Source of the DNA: an uncultured Gammaproteobacteria bacterium
Lineage (GTDB): Bacteria > Patescibacteriota > Microgenomatia > UBA8517
DNA: 64,000 bases
Direction of reading: 5' to 3'
Assembly: GCA_964541395.1 (NCBI GenBank)
Contig: CAZIPM010000001.1
Span: forward strand, 3,833 to 67,832
Both the position numbers and the translations under genes were made by a program. The notes below the pieces were generated by a model. That model searched no databases. It was not told the origin of the DNA and saw nothing but the letters and a program-made list of their open reading frames with translations. This document shows, in pieces, positions 17,446-26,632 of the stretch. Within the stretch, counting starts at the first letter, position 1. Every line of letters starts with the position of its first letter.

Positions 17446-18207
17446 TTGGACGATTCACACAAGAATTATGAAGGGTATTTAGCCTTCGTAAATAAATATA
17501 AATCTTCATTAGGATATAAAGGCAATTACTCCAAAAACGAAATTGAAATTGTTGACGATATCTCATTATTTCCTACTTGTGAAGAATCTGCAGTTGGTCA
17601 AATGGTAAAGCAGGGAACCCCGCGTGAAGATGCAGTGAAAAGGGCAAGGATAGGAATTAGGGAAGAAAACAGATGGGGAGTTTCAATTTGTGAACCTGTA
17701 AAACTACCAACGGGGACATACGGAACTTTTATCAGATTTATTTCTTGGGGACAATTGGATTCTGGATTTGCGGGTATGATAATTATTCCTGTATTGACAG
17801 ATGGCAAGTTGATTTTTACTAAAGCATTCAGAAACGCCACCCGAAATTGGTGTTTGGAATTTCCAAGAGGTACAAGAGATCCGGGGGATTCCATATTAAA
17901 AACTTTAAATAGCGAATTAAAAGAGGAAGTCGGAGCTAAAGTTTTAAAAGACCCTGTTAAAATAGGAGAAGTCTTTCCTGACTCAGGTATCTTAACCTCA
18001 ATAGTTGAAATATATAAAGCAGAAATTGAGATTGTAGGTGAGGCTACACCTGGCGTGACTGAAGCCATAAAAGGCTTAGTATTTTTGACTCCCGAAGAAG
18101 TAAAGGCGTTACTTAAATCACAGCTTTATATAGATGAAGATGGAAAAGGGTATGAATTTAAGGATAGTTTTACACTGGTTGCATTAACGCTATTTAATAT
18201 ACGATAA
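17446..18207 (+). CDS. Nudix hydrolase (ADP-ribose/NDP-sugar pyrophosphatase-like) with N-terminal extension
   Basis: LEFPRGTRDPGDSILKTLNSELKEEVGA Nudix box, GEVFPDSG. Confidence 0.8.
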   Translation: MDDSHKNYEGYLAFVNKYKSSLGYKGNYSKNEIEIVDDISLFPTCEESAVGQMVKQGTPREDAVKRARIGIREENRWGVSICEPVKLPTGTYGTFIRFISWGQLDSGFAGMIIIPVLTDGKLIFTKAFRNATRNWCLEFPRGTRDPGDSILKTLNSELKEEVGAKVLKDPVKIGEVFPDSGILTSIVEIYKAEIEIVGEATPGVTEAIKGLVFLTPEEVKALLKSQLYIDEDGKGYEFKDSFTLVALTLFNIR

Positions 18208-18481
18208 GTTTATCTATACGAAGTTATGAACCTCATTTAAACATGAACCTCTTGGATGAAAAAGATAGAAAAAAAAGAAAAGGCCTAATAAAATTGAGTA
18301 CAAAATTATCTAATTTAAATAATGACAAAAAAATTGTACACCCAGAGAATTAGCAGACATACTGAAAAATAGAATTAATAGACTTAAACTAAATAAAAGG
18401 TTAATGTTTGAGACTGTTTTTTATCTTGTTATCCCGAAATTTCAACTTGACAAATTGAAATTTAAGGGTCATACTATCTCT

Positions 18482-19696
18482 ATGAAGCCAAGAACAATCT
18501 CGAAATTGATTCATAAGGTGATTAAAACTTTTCCTGCGATTGTTTTAACAGGCCCGAGACAGTCAGGTAAAACAACCCTGTTAAAACATGAATTTCCCAA
18601 CTATCAATATGCAAGTCTGGAGGATCCTGATGTAAGAATCAGAGCCAAAGATGATCCAAACGGATTTTTGAATCAGTTTGAAAAACAGGTTATTTTAGAT
18701 GAAATTCAATATGTTCCAGAACTCTTATCATATATAAAATCAAAAATAGATGAAAATAGAATGCCGGGAAAATGGATTTTATCCGGATCCCAAAATTTTT
18801 CTTTGATGAAGAATGTAAGTCAATCATTGGCAGGAAGAGCTGCCATCTTGACACTCCTACCCTTTTCCGTTGCTGAAAGAATTGGGAACGGGAACGGCTC
18901 ATTATTGGTAGATAAAGTTTTAAGTTTAAGTAGCGAAAGTAATTTAAAATCAAAATTTGATTTAAACGAAATTATTCTCCGTGGTAATTACCCTGAAGTG
19001 GCTAGTAATACAAAAGTTGATCGTCAAATCTGGGATGGATCTTATATCAATACATATCTTGAAAGAGATATTAGAAACTTGAAACAAGTAGGTGATTTAG
19101 GTCAATTTGAAATATTCCTGCGTGCTTGTGCAATTCGTACAGGACAGATATTGGATTTAAGTTCAATATCTAGAGAGATTGGAATTACCTTTACAACGGC
19201 TAAAAGATGGCTTTCACTTCTGGAAACTGGTTACCAAATATTTCTTTTACATCCATATTATCGAAATATCGGAAAGAGATTGGTTAAAAGACCAAAAATT
19301 TACTTTGCTGATACCGGGCTTGCCACTTATTTAATGGGTATAAATTCTGTTAACAGTTTAGTTTCTAGTTACCTTTATGGGGCAATTTTTGAAACATTGA
19401 TAGTTACTGATTTTTGGAAAAGATACTTTCATCATGGTCAAATTCCTCAGATGTACTTTCTACGAACGCATGATGATTTAGAGGTTGACTTATTAATCGA
19501 GAATCAAAATAAGCTGAATTTGATTGAAGTTAAATTAACATCAACAGTTAGAAAAGAGAATATCCAATCTCTTATCAAAGCGAGGACAGACATCAGAGGT
19601 GTTGATAAAACATTGGTTATCTCAAATACTAAGGAAAAGTTTTCTGTTGTTGAAGGGATAACCAATATTCCTGCGGAGTCGGTGTTAACTGTCTAG
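18482..19696 (+). CDS. AAA_14 ATPase with DUF4143 C-terminal domain
   Basis: LTGPRQSGKTT, ILDEIQ, LSGSQ, KRPKIYFADTGL, GAIFE, EVDL..IEVK. Start moved to ATG 18482, just downstream of TTGACA-17-CATACT. Confidence 0.9.
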   Translation: MKPRTISKLIHKVIKTFPAIVLTGPRQSGKTTLLKHEFPNYQYASLEDPDVRIRAKDDPNGFLNQFEKQVILDEIQYVPELLSYIKSKIDENRMPGKWILSGSQNFSLMKNVSQSLAGRAAILTLLPFSVAERIGNGNGSLLVDKVLSLSSESNLKSKFDLNEIILRGNYPEVASNTKVDRQIWDGSYINTYLERDIRNLKQVGDLGQFEIFLRACAIRTGQILDLSSISREIGITFTTAKRWLSLLETGYQIFLLHPYYRNIGKRLVKRPKIYFADTGLATYLMGINSVNSLVSSYLYGAIFETLIVTDFWKRYFHHGQIPQMYFLRTHDDLEVDLLIENQNKLNLIEVKLTSTVRKENIQSLIKARTDIRGVDKTLVISNTKEKFSVVEGITNIPAESVLTV

Positions 19697-19730
19697 TTTC
19701 TAAAGGAATAATGGTATAATTATTCTTAAT

Positions 19731-20315
19731 ATGATGCGTTTTGACCCTGATAAACATGTTAAAAAAACTTCAATTGCAGGAGTTGTTTTAATTGAAAGAC
19801 CAATCATAGGTGATGCCAGGGGATTTTTACATGAACCGTACAATAGGGAAGAATTAAAAGCAGCAACAGGTGTGGAATTTAACCCTGTCCAGTGGACTCA
19901 TGCATACATAAAGCCCGGAGTTATAAAAGCTGTTCATAGTGAAGACTGGAATAAACTAATTTATCCTGTAACTGGAATTTTATACGCTCCTATTGTAGAT
20001 CTAAGGCCAGAATCTGAGACTTTCGGTAAAGTAGAATACATTACAATAGACAACACTAAAGATGATTCTCCAAGGCAGGCATTGTTTTTACCCTCGGGAG
20101 GTATCGGGAATTCAATTTGTACACCAGGTACTGAAATGATGCATTATTTTTATTTGATAGATGAATATTGGGATGATGCCAAAGCCAGGGGAATTGCCTG
20201 GGACGATCCAGATCTTAATATCAAATGGCCAATAGAAAACCCAATTCTTTCCGAAAGAGATAAAACCAATCCGACATTAAGGGAGGCTTTTCCCCAGAAA
20301 TTTAAAGACAAATGA
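19731..20315 (+). CDS. rfbC: dTDP-4-dehydrorhamnose 3,5-epimerase
   Basis: DARGFLHE, GVIKAVH, VDLRPESETFGK, IAWDDPDLNIKWP, LSERD. Confidence 0.9.
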   Translation: MMRFDPDKHVKKTSIAGVVLIERPIIGDARGFLHEPYNREELKAATGVEFNPVQWTHAYIKPGVIKAVHSEDWNKLIYPVTGILYAPIVDLRPESETFGKVEYITIDNTKDDSPRQALFLPSGGIGNSICTPGTEMMHYFYLIDEYWDDAKARGIAWDDPDLNIKWPIENPILSERDKTNPTLREAFPQKFKDK

Positions 20316-21217
20316 AAAAGATTTTAGTTGTAGGAGCAACTGGATTAGTGGGATCAAGATTTGTTTCTTTGGCTAAAGATAAAGTTGGAATAATCCCCGT
20401 TGATGAAAATACACTGGATATAACATCTGCTGAAGCTGTTGATAATTACTTTTCCGAAAATGAATTTGATTCAGTATTAAATTTTGCAGCAATTACAAAT
20501 GTAGATGCAGCAGAGAAAGAAAAAGGAGATGAAAATGGAATTACCTGGAGATTAAATGTGGTTGGTGTTGAGAATTTAACCAAAGCTTGTATTAAATATA
20601 ATAAATTTATAGTTCAGATTTCTACCGACTTTATTTTTAAAGGAGATCAGAACAATCCAGGACCGTACAGTGAAGATGCAGAAATTCCCGATAGTATGGA
20701 TGGAATTGGTTGGTATGGATGGACAAAGAATAGGGCAGAAAATTTACTCCGCAATTCCGAGTGTCGTAATGTGATTGTCAGGATCGCCTACCCTTTTTAT
20801 TCGGCTGAGTTTACACCAAAATTGGATTATGCAAAAAATTATTTAAAACTTCACGATGATGGAAAATTATTCCCTATTTTTACCGACCAGACATTATCAG
20901 TTATTAATGTAGATGAATTGGTAGAACCACTTCTCAAAATCTTAACAGAAGAACTTATAGGCACTTTTCATATTGTTTCAAGCAATACCACAACACCATT
21001 TGATTTTGTGGAATATTTACTTAGAAAAGCAAGAAATGTAGAAGGTGTTGTTCAGAAAGGGTTAATGGAAGAATTCTTAAAAGCAGAAGGAAGAACACCA
21101 AGACCAAGATTGGGAGGGTTTAAGACTAAATTTACTGAAAAAAACTTAAATATGAAATTTAAAACTTGGCAGGAAATGGTGGATGAATTTGTTATCAGGC
21201 TCCAAAATAAGAAGTAA
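20312..21217 (+). CDS. rfbD: dTDP-4-dehydrorhamnose reductase
   Basis: GATGLVG, AAITNVDAAE, ISTDFIF, YGWTK. Confidence 0.88.
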   Translation: MKKILVVGATGLVGSRFVSLAKDKVGIIPVDENTLDITSAEAVDNYFSENEFDSVLNFAAITNVDAAEKEKGDENGITWRLNVVGVENLTKACIKYNKFIVQISTDFIFKGDQNNPGPYSEDAEIPDSMDGIGWYGWTKNRAENLLRNSECRNVIVRIAYPFYSAEFTPKLDYAKNYLKLHDDGKLFPIFTDQTLSVINVDELVEPLLKILTEELIGTFHIVSSNTTTPFDFVEYLLRKARNVEGVVQKGLMEEFLKAEGRTPRPRLGGFKTKFTEKNLNMKFKTWQEMVDEFVIRLQNKK

Positions 21218-21461
21218 CTCCGTTCTCAATTAATTGAAAATCTTTATCTACATCTGAAATTTGTTCTTCCATTGAAAATATTGGTCTTACTAGTTTTATC
21301 ACAATCCCTTCATCGTTTCGGCCAACACCAAATATTCCACCAGGTAAGTCTTTAATTCCCATATCTTGAAGTTGTCTTGTTCTAAATTCTTGGACCTCAC
21401 TATGTGTAACTTCGGTGCCACCTATTGGAGCAGTACGGGCCATTACTAGTTCTAATTCCAT
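21195..21461 (-). CDS. Hypothetical protein downstream of trmD
   Basis: 88-aa ORF starting 14 nt after the trmD stop. Confidence 0.55.
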   Translation of the reverse strand: MELELVMARTAPIGGTEVTHSEVQEFRTRQLQDMGIKDLPGGIFGVGRNDEGIVIKLVRPIFSMEEQISDVDKDFQLIENGVTSYFGA

Positions 21462-21475
21462 ATTTTGTTAGGAGT

Positions 21476-22117
21476 TTATGTCCGTTTTCTCCAAATGTCA
21501 ATATTTTTATGATTACCCGTAAGAAGAATTTCAGGTACTCCCCATTTTTTATAAAGTGGAGGTCTGGTGTATTGGGGATACTCAGTCTCAATCTCTTCCA
21601 TGGAATGTGACTCTTCCAGAAGCGATTCTTTTTTAATAACTCCAGGGATCAAACGTGTTACGGTGTCAGTTATCACCATTGCAGGAATTTCACCACCTGT
21701 TAGAACATAATCTCCTATGGATATAATCTCATCAACTATATGGTCATGAACCCTGTGATCAATTCCTTCATAATGGCCACAAATAAGAACCAAGCGTTTT
21801 AAGCTTGAATACTCATATGCTTTTTTTTGAGTAAACTTCTCTCCTCCTGCATCCAAAAGTATTATTTTACTGTTTTTGGATTTTGGTTTTGCTTTAATGG
21901 AAGTTAAGGCATTATCTATGACATCGATTCTTAAAATCATTCCCGCACCACCTCCATATGGCCTGTCGTCAACTGTTTTTCTTTCGGTAATCCCAAATTG
22001 TCTTAAGTCATGAAAGTTAATTTCTACTAAACCTTTTTCTTTTGCCTTTTTTAAAATTGACATGTCAAATGGACCGCTAAACATGTCAGGAAAGAGGGTA
22101 ATAATATCAACGATCAT
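21476..22117 (-). CDS. trmD: tRNA (guanine-N1)-methyltransferase
   Basis: ITLFPDMF, VDDRPYGGGAGM, CGHYEGID, SIGDYVLTGGE, YPQYTRP. Confidence 0.97.
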   Translation of the reverse strand: MIVDIITLFPDMFSGPFDMSILKKAKEKGLVEINFHDLRQFGITERKTVDDRPYGGGAGMILRIDVIDNALTSIKAKPKSKNSKIILLDAGGEKFTQKKAYEYSSLKRLVLICGHYEGIDHRVHDHIVDEIISIGDYVLTGGEIPAMVITDTVTRLIPGVIKKESLLEESHSMEEIETEYPQYTRPPLYKKWGVPEILLTGNHKNIDIWRKRT

Positions 22118-22217
22118 AGACTGTATTTTAACATAGTAAACATCGATTTATTAGAAATATCAAAGTAATTGATTCCCCATATTGTTTTCTTTATATATTA
22201 AGTGTTTAATTAGGAAT

Positions 22218-23372
22218 ATGGACAAAGTTATTATTGTTATGCCCGCCTACAATGAGGCTGATAATATTGGCAAAATGATTGAGGTTTTATTTGAAGTAGA
22301 ATTTCCCAAAATAAAAGGTGTTGAAATGCATCTTTTTGTCGTAGATGACAAATCTCCTGATGGAACGGGAGATATTGTTAAAAAATACCAGAGTAAATAT
22401 TCCAAACTTCACCTTCTTCAAAAAGATAAGTCGGGATTGGGTTATGCTTATATCGCAGGATTTAAAAGGGCAATGGAAACATTAAAAGCCGATGCGGTTA
22501 TGGAAATGGATGCAGACTTTCAGCACCCACCAAGATTTGTCAAACCGATGGTTGAAGCATATCTAGCTGGTGCCGACTATGTTATAGGTAGCAGATATAT
22601 CAAAGGAGGATCTGTTCCTAAAGAATGGGCACTTTTCAGAAAAGCGATCAGTTATTTCGGCAATTTGTTTATTAGAATAGTTCTATTAAAGCCAAAATTG
22701 CATGATTTAACTACGGGCTTCAGACTTACCAGAGTTAAGGGAGTATTAGATCAAATTGATCTCAATAAACTAATGGAACCTGAAAGATTTGCATACAAAG
22801 TCGACCTTTTGTACAAGTCAATTAAAAACTCGAAAAAAGTTGTGGAGGTTCCTCTTGAGTTTGCTTCAAGAACAAAGGAAAAATCTAAATTTAATCCCAA
22901 AGAAATGGTCTCCACTTTCAAAGTAGCAATAATCTTGGGAATTAAAGACAAACAAAAAATAATTAAATTTGGAATAGTAGGCTTTACTGGATATCTTATA
23001 AATGCTTTCTTTTTAAATTTCTTTTCAAAATCAGGATTCCCAGAATGGTCATCTTGGGCACTCTCAACTGAACTGGCAATAGTCAACAATTTTACTTGGA
23101 ACAATTTATGGACCTTTAAAACTGATGAGATAAAAGGAATTGCTAATGTAATTAAAAAATTCCTACAGTTTAACTTGACATCAGCTGGCGCTCTTCTGAT
23201 ACAAACAGTTCTTGGAACTTTGGGAGTATATTTCTTCGGTTCTACATCAAGACAACTACTTCTTCCTTTCATAATTCTCTTTGTTGTTCTTCCATATAAC
23301 TATTTTATGTACACCAAAGTGATTTGGAAGAATAAATCGAAACCTGCAGTAAATCCTTCGATAGCCAAGTAA
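22218..23372 (+). CDS. Polyprenol-phosphate sugar synthase (GT2, DPM1-like) fused to GtrA-like domain
   Basis: PAYNEADNI, DDKSPDGT, MDADFQHPP, D.TTGFR, C-terminal KFGIVG...NNFTWNNLWTF. Confidence 0.9.
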   Translation: MDKVIIVMPAYNEADNIGKMIEVLFEVEFPKIKGVEMHLFVVDDKSPDGTGDIVKKYQSKYSKLHLLQKDKSGLGYAYIAGFKRAMETLKADAVMEMDADFQHPPRFVKPMVEAYLAGADYVIGSRYIKGGSVPKEWALFRKAISYFGNLFIRIVLLKPKLHDLTTGFRLTRVKGVLDQIDLNKLMEPERFAYKVDLLYKSIKNSKKVVEVPLEFASRTKEKSKFNPKEMVSTFKVAIILGIKDKQKIIKFGIVGFTGYLINAFFLNFFSKSGFPEWSSWALSTELAIVNNFTWNNLWTFKTDEIKGIANVIKKFLQFNLTSAGALLIQTVLGTLGVYFFGSTSRQLLLPFIILFVVLPYNYFMYTKVIWKNKSKPAVNPSIAK

Positions 23373-23378
23373 AAAAAT

Positions 23379-24212
23379 ATGCTATTTCAAGAAAGCCAAA
23401 TACGGGAGCGTGAGGATAATTTCTACAAAAACATTATCAGGTTGTATTTGAAATACGGTTCTGTTGATGAAGTAATAAGAAGAACAAATTATTCTCTTCC
23501 GATGTCCTATCCCGGAATGCACCACTTGATCAAAAGATGGGGAATAATAAAATCTGCAGGCCCTAACAGTAAACTATCAGAAGCATTAACTGTTTTGACT
23601 CAATTGTCTGACTCAAAAATTCCATTAGAAAGACTGTATAAAAATCTTCCACCTTCTTTTAAAACTTCACTTTCCACAATGCACAGGATTTTACATAACG
23701 TTAAAGAAGGTGTGATAAGAAGGTATGGAACCGCTTTGGTGGTAACCCGTGAGGGAGAAGAAAATAATGTTTTAACAGGTATTGATAAAGATCATAATAA
23801 AAACTTGACTCTTCCTATGACCTACTCAATTTACAAAGAAAACCCAAAAGCGTCTATTTTGAGAGTACTGCAGCAGGAAGTGTTTACGGAATTAGCAGTT
23901 GAAAAAAAGTTCCCATTTAAAGTTATTCCGAAAAATCCCAAGCCTTTTATGTTTTTAAATATAGCGGATATAAAAGTAGCAGTTTATCTGATTAAATTAA
24001 ATAAGGATATTATTGAAAATTACCAATTTACAAGCCAAAAAATATACAACCACGCATTTATCTCCTGTAGAGAAATAAAGTCATTAAATTACGGAGTCAG
24101 AGCGGGTGTTGAAAATATTGTTTCCGGTTATGAGAGGTATTTAAAAAACCAAAGTTCGGTAGTATTAGAAACCAGTGATATTAATCTTGCCTTGCTGCAA
24201 GTCTGGAGATAA
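23379..24212 (+). CDS. Hypothetical protein, putative tandem HTH plus degenerate Nudix-like domain
   Basis: SYPGMHHLI and SLSTMHRIL helix-like units, LTLPMTYSIYKENPKASILRVLQQEV. Confidence 0.55.
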   Translation: MLFQESQIREREDNFYKNIIRLYLKYGSVDEVIRRTNYSLPMSYPGMHHLIKRWGIIKSAGPNSKLSEALTVLTQLSDSKIPLERLYKNLPPSFKTSLSTMHRILHNVKEGVIRRYGTALVVTREGEENNVLTGIDKDHNKNLTLPMTYSIYKENPKASILRVLQQEVFTELAVEKKFPFKVIPKNPKPFMFLNIADIKVAVYLIKLNKDIIENYQFTSQKIYNHAFISCREIKSLNYGVRAGVENIVSGYERYLKNQSSVVLETSDINLALLQVWR

Positions 24213-24416
24213 ACTTACTTCAAACATTCCATCCGATAACTTTCTTACTTCAAATGCCGATAACCCTCTTCTCCTCCTATTCAATTCTTCCAATTGTTCT
24301 CCGTTCAGCAGTACTCCATTATCGGTCTGGTCTGCCCAACCAATTTTACCTCCAAGATTAACCTGTATATAACTTTCTTCTGCTTTGAAAATTTCCCTTA
24401 ACATAGATAAATTCAT
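24165..24416 (-). CDS. Hypothetical protein
   Basis: 83-aa ORF, tandem with 24423-24638. Confidence 0.5.
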   Translation of the reverse strand: MNLSMLREIFKAEESYIQVNLGGKIGWADQTDNGVLLNGEQLEELNRRRRGLSAFEVRKLSDGMFEVSLSPDLQQGKINITGF

Positions 24417-24422
24417 AATTTG

Positions 24423-24638
24423 TTATCTTTCTATTTGTTGAAATTCTCTTTCAAATAAAGCAATCTCTGGTTGTGAAACTTCGACCGTAAGAGGTTCTAT
24501 CTTACTCTTTTCCCTTAGATGTTCGGCAATATGATTGGAACCATCCTTAAAGGCATCTAATCCGTATACATTAGCAATTGGACCACTCGATGCTCTCCAT
24601 CTCATGGCTGGACTGGATGAATATATATTTACAGGCAT
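24423..24638 (-). CDS. Hypothetical protein
   Basis: 71-aa ORF. Confidence 0.5.
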   Translation of the reverse strand: MPVNIYSSSPAMRWRASSGPIANVYGLDAFKDGSNHIAEHLREKSKIEPLTVEVSQPEIALFEREFQQIER

Positions 24639-24687
24639 GAGAATATATTGTGAAGCAATTTAACTTTCAAACCCTATCAGGCTAACG

Positions 24688-25845
24688 TTATAAAAATGGA
24701 GCCCAATTGGATATTGGCATGGCATTTTGGGAGATAAAAGCCAAGGCAAAAAGATAAATAGGAATAATTGCAACTCCTAAGGCAATTTTAAATTCCTTGG
24801 AATTAATTAAATCTTTAAAGGCCAATATTAAAAGAGGCGTGATAGGTAAAGCATATCTAAGTAAATCCCTATGAGCAACAAAAAGAAGCGAGATGAAATA
24901 AACAAGTGAGTAATAGTAGAATGTGTCTTGATTTTGGACTTTAAGTTTATAAATTCCTATTGCACCAATGATATATAAAAAAATAATTTCTTCCAGCCAG
25001 AATGTTCCTACCCAAGGTGCTGAAAAGTTGAAAATTTGAAATGGCGGGAAGAAAAGATGAATATTGTCTCCGGATTTAAAATACACCCAGAAGTCACCCA
25101 TTCTAATCGAGTAAAAAATAAAAACAAATATAACCCCGATAGGAATTAATAAAAGAGGATAAACTTTTTTCAAATCTAATTTGCTTAAAAATTGTCTGGT
25201 TTTATTGGTTGCCAAATCCTTTAAATTGGGAAGAAATACTGATGCTCCGTAAGCCACAAACAAAAGAATTCCAGGTGATTTTGTCATAGCGGAAAGAGCT
25301 CCAAATATCCCTGCCCAGATGTATTTTTTTTGATTAAAGAAATAAATTGAAGTCAGTGTAAGGGCGATAAAGAGCGGCTCTGCTGATCCCACAGACCTGA
25401 CAATAAGCCATCTTGCAGGGAATAATGCAAAGACTAGAGTCATCCATAATGCATTTTCTTTATCCAAGGACTCTGCCAGTTTATAGAAGATAAAAAGTGC
25501 AAAGAATGAAGATATCACGGTTACGAAGAGCATAGAATAAGGAAATCCAAAAATAGCTGCAAAGAATTTAATCAGAACCGGGAAAAGTGGAAAATGTGCT
25601 GAATAATATTCATTTGAAAGGGGAAATTGGTAGTTGGATCCTATTTCAATGGGGTTGTAAAGTGTTTTGGCAGCCACCAAGTAGAGAGGTCCGTCATAAT
25701 TGGCAACAACTGTGGCCATTCCTTGACTTGGAATTGGGATTGTCCAAAATGACTTAATCCTACCGAAAAACGGCAACCAAACAAGAAGTGTAGGGATTAT
25801 TGTTAAAAGTAAGATAGGAAGAATGTTTTTAAATTTTTCCTTCAT
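24688..25845 (-). CDS. GT-C glycosyltransferase, PIG-V/mannosyltransferase-like
   Basis: NYDGPLYL, AHFPLFP, SAEPLF, TKSPG, multi-TM. Confidence 0.8.
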   Translation of the reverse strand: MKEKFKNILPILLLTIIPTLLVWLPFFGRIKSFWTIPIPSQGMATVVANYDGPLYLVAAKTLYNPIEIGSNYQFPLSNEYYSAHFPLFPVLIKFFAAIFGFPYSMLFVTVISSFFALFIFYKLAESLDKENALWMTLVFALFPARWLIVRSVGSAEPLFIALTLTSIYFFNQKKYIWAGIFGALSAMTKSPGILLFVAYGASVFLPNLKDLATNKTRQFLSKLDLKKVYPLLLIPIGVIFVFIFYSIRMGDFWVYFKSGDNIHLFFPPFQIFNFSAPWVGTFWLEEIIFLYIIGAIGIYKLKVQNQDTFYYYSLVYFISLLFVAHRDLLRYALPITPLLILAFKDLINSKEFKIALGVAIIPIYLFALAFISQNAMPISNWAPFL

Positions 25846-25918
25846 ATTTTGATCATATCACAAGTGAGGCTGTATGTGCGAGTTTCACTGAGACTGTGCT
25901 TATGGTAGACTTTTGATA

Positions 25919-26632
25919 ATGGATAAATTTAAAATAGAGTCTTTATCAGTCTTTTTTCCGACATTTAACGAAGAAGAAAGTATAAAATCCACTGTCGAAT
26001 CAGCAAAGGAAATTCTTGAAAAGATAGCAAAAAACTGGGAAATTTTAATTATTAATGACGGCTCGAAAGATTCAACGGGAGGAATTGCAGATAATCTTGC
26101 AAAAACAGATTCGAGGATAAAGCATATTAAACATGTTGTGAACAGAGGATATGGTGCTGCTTTTAAATCAGGTTTTTATTCAGCTCAATATCCTTGGATA
26201 GCTTTTACTGATTCTGACGGGCAGTTTGTTTTTTCTGAAGTTGAAAACTTTATCGAGAAACAAAAAAATACAGGAGCTGATCTTGTTATCGGTTATTATA
26301 AAAAAAGACAAGTATCCCGATTTAAAATTATAACCAGCAGACTTTGGGAACTTGCAGTAATGATACTTTTTGGTTTATATGTTCACGATATTGATTGTGG
26401 TTTTAAGTTAGTCAACAAGAAAGTGATTGAGGGAATAGAAAAATTAGAGTCAGAAAGGGGAGCATTTATTTCCAGTGAATTTTTAATTAAAGCCAAGAAA
26501 AAAGGATTTAAGATTGTCGAAGTACCGGTGACCCATTTACCACGTACCAAAGGAAAAGGCACAGGCAGACATATCAGAGTAATAATTCAAAGTTTTGTTG
26601 ACCTGTTTAAGTTGTGGAGAAAATTATTATGA
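25919..26632 (+). CDS. GT2 polyprenol-phosphate glycosyltransferase
   Basis: PTFNEE, NDGSKD, NRGYG, FTDSDGQF, DIDCGFKL. Confidence 0.9.
   Translation: MDKFKIESLSVFFPTFNEEESIKSTVESAKEILEKIAKNWEILIINDGSKDSTGGIADNLAKTDSRIKHIKHVVNRGYGAAFKSGFYSAQYPWIAFTDSDGQFVFSEVENFIEKQKNTGADLVIGYYKKRQVSRFKIITSRLWELAVMILFGLYVHDIDCGFKLVNKKVIEGIEKLESERGAFISSEFLIKAKKKGFKIVEVPVTHLPRTKGKGTGRHIRVIIQSFVDLFKLWRKLL

Noticed and set aside
18226-18353. ATGAACCTC direct repeat and a 36-codon ORF
   Set aside because: Too short and AT-rich to distinguish from chance
18404-18481. Upstream start of the AAA ATPase as given in the ORF track
   Set aside because: This stretch contains a consensus promoter, and ATG 18482 fits the family N-terminus better
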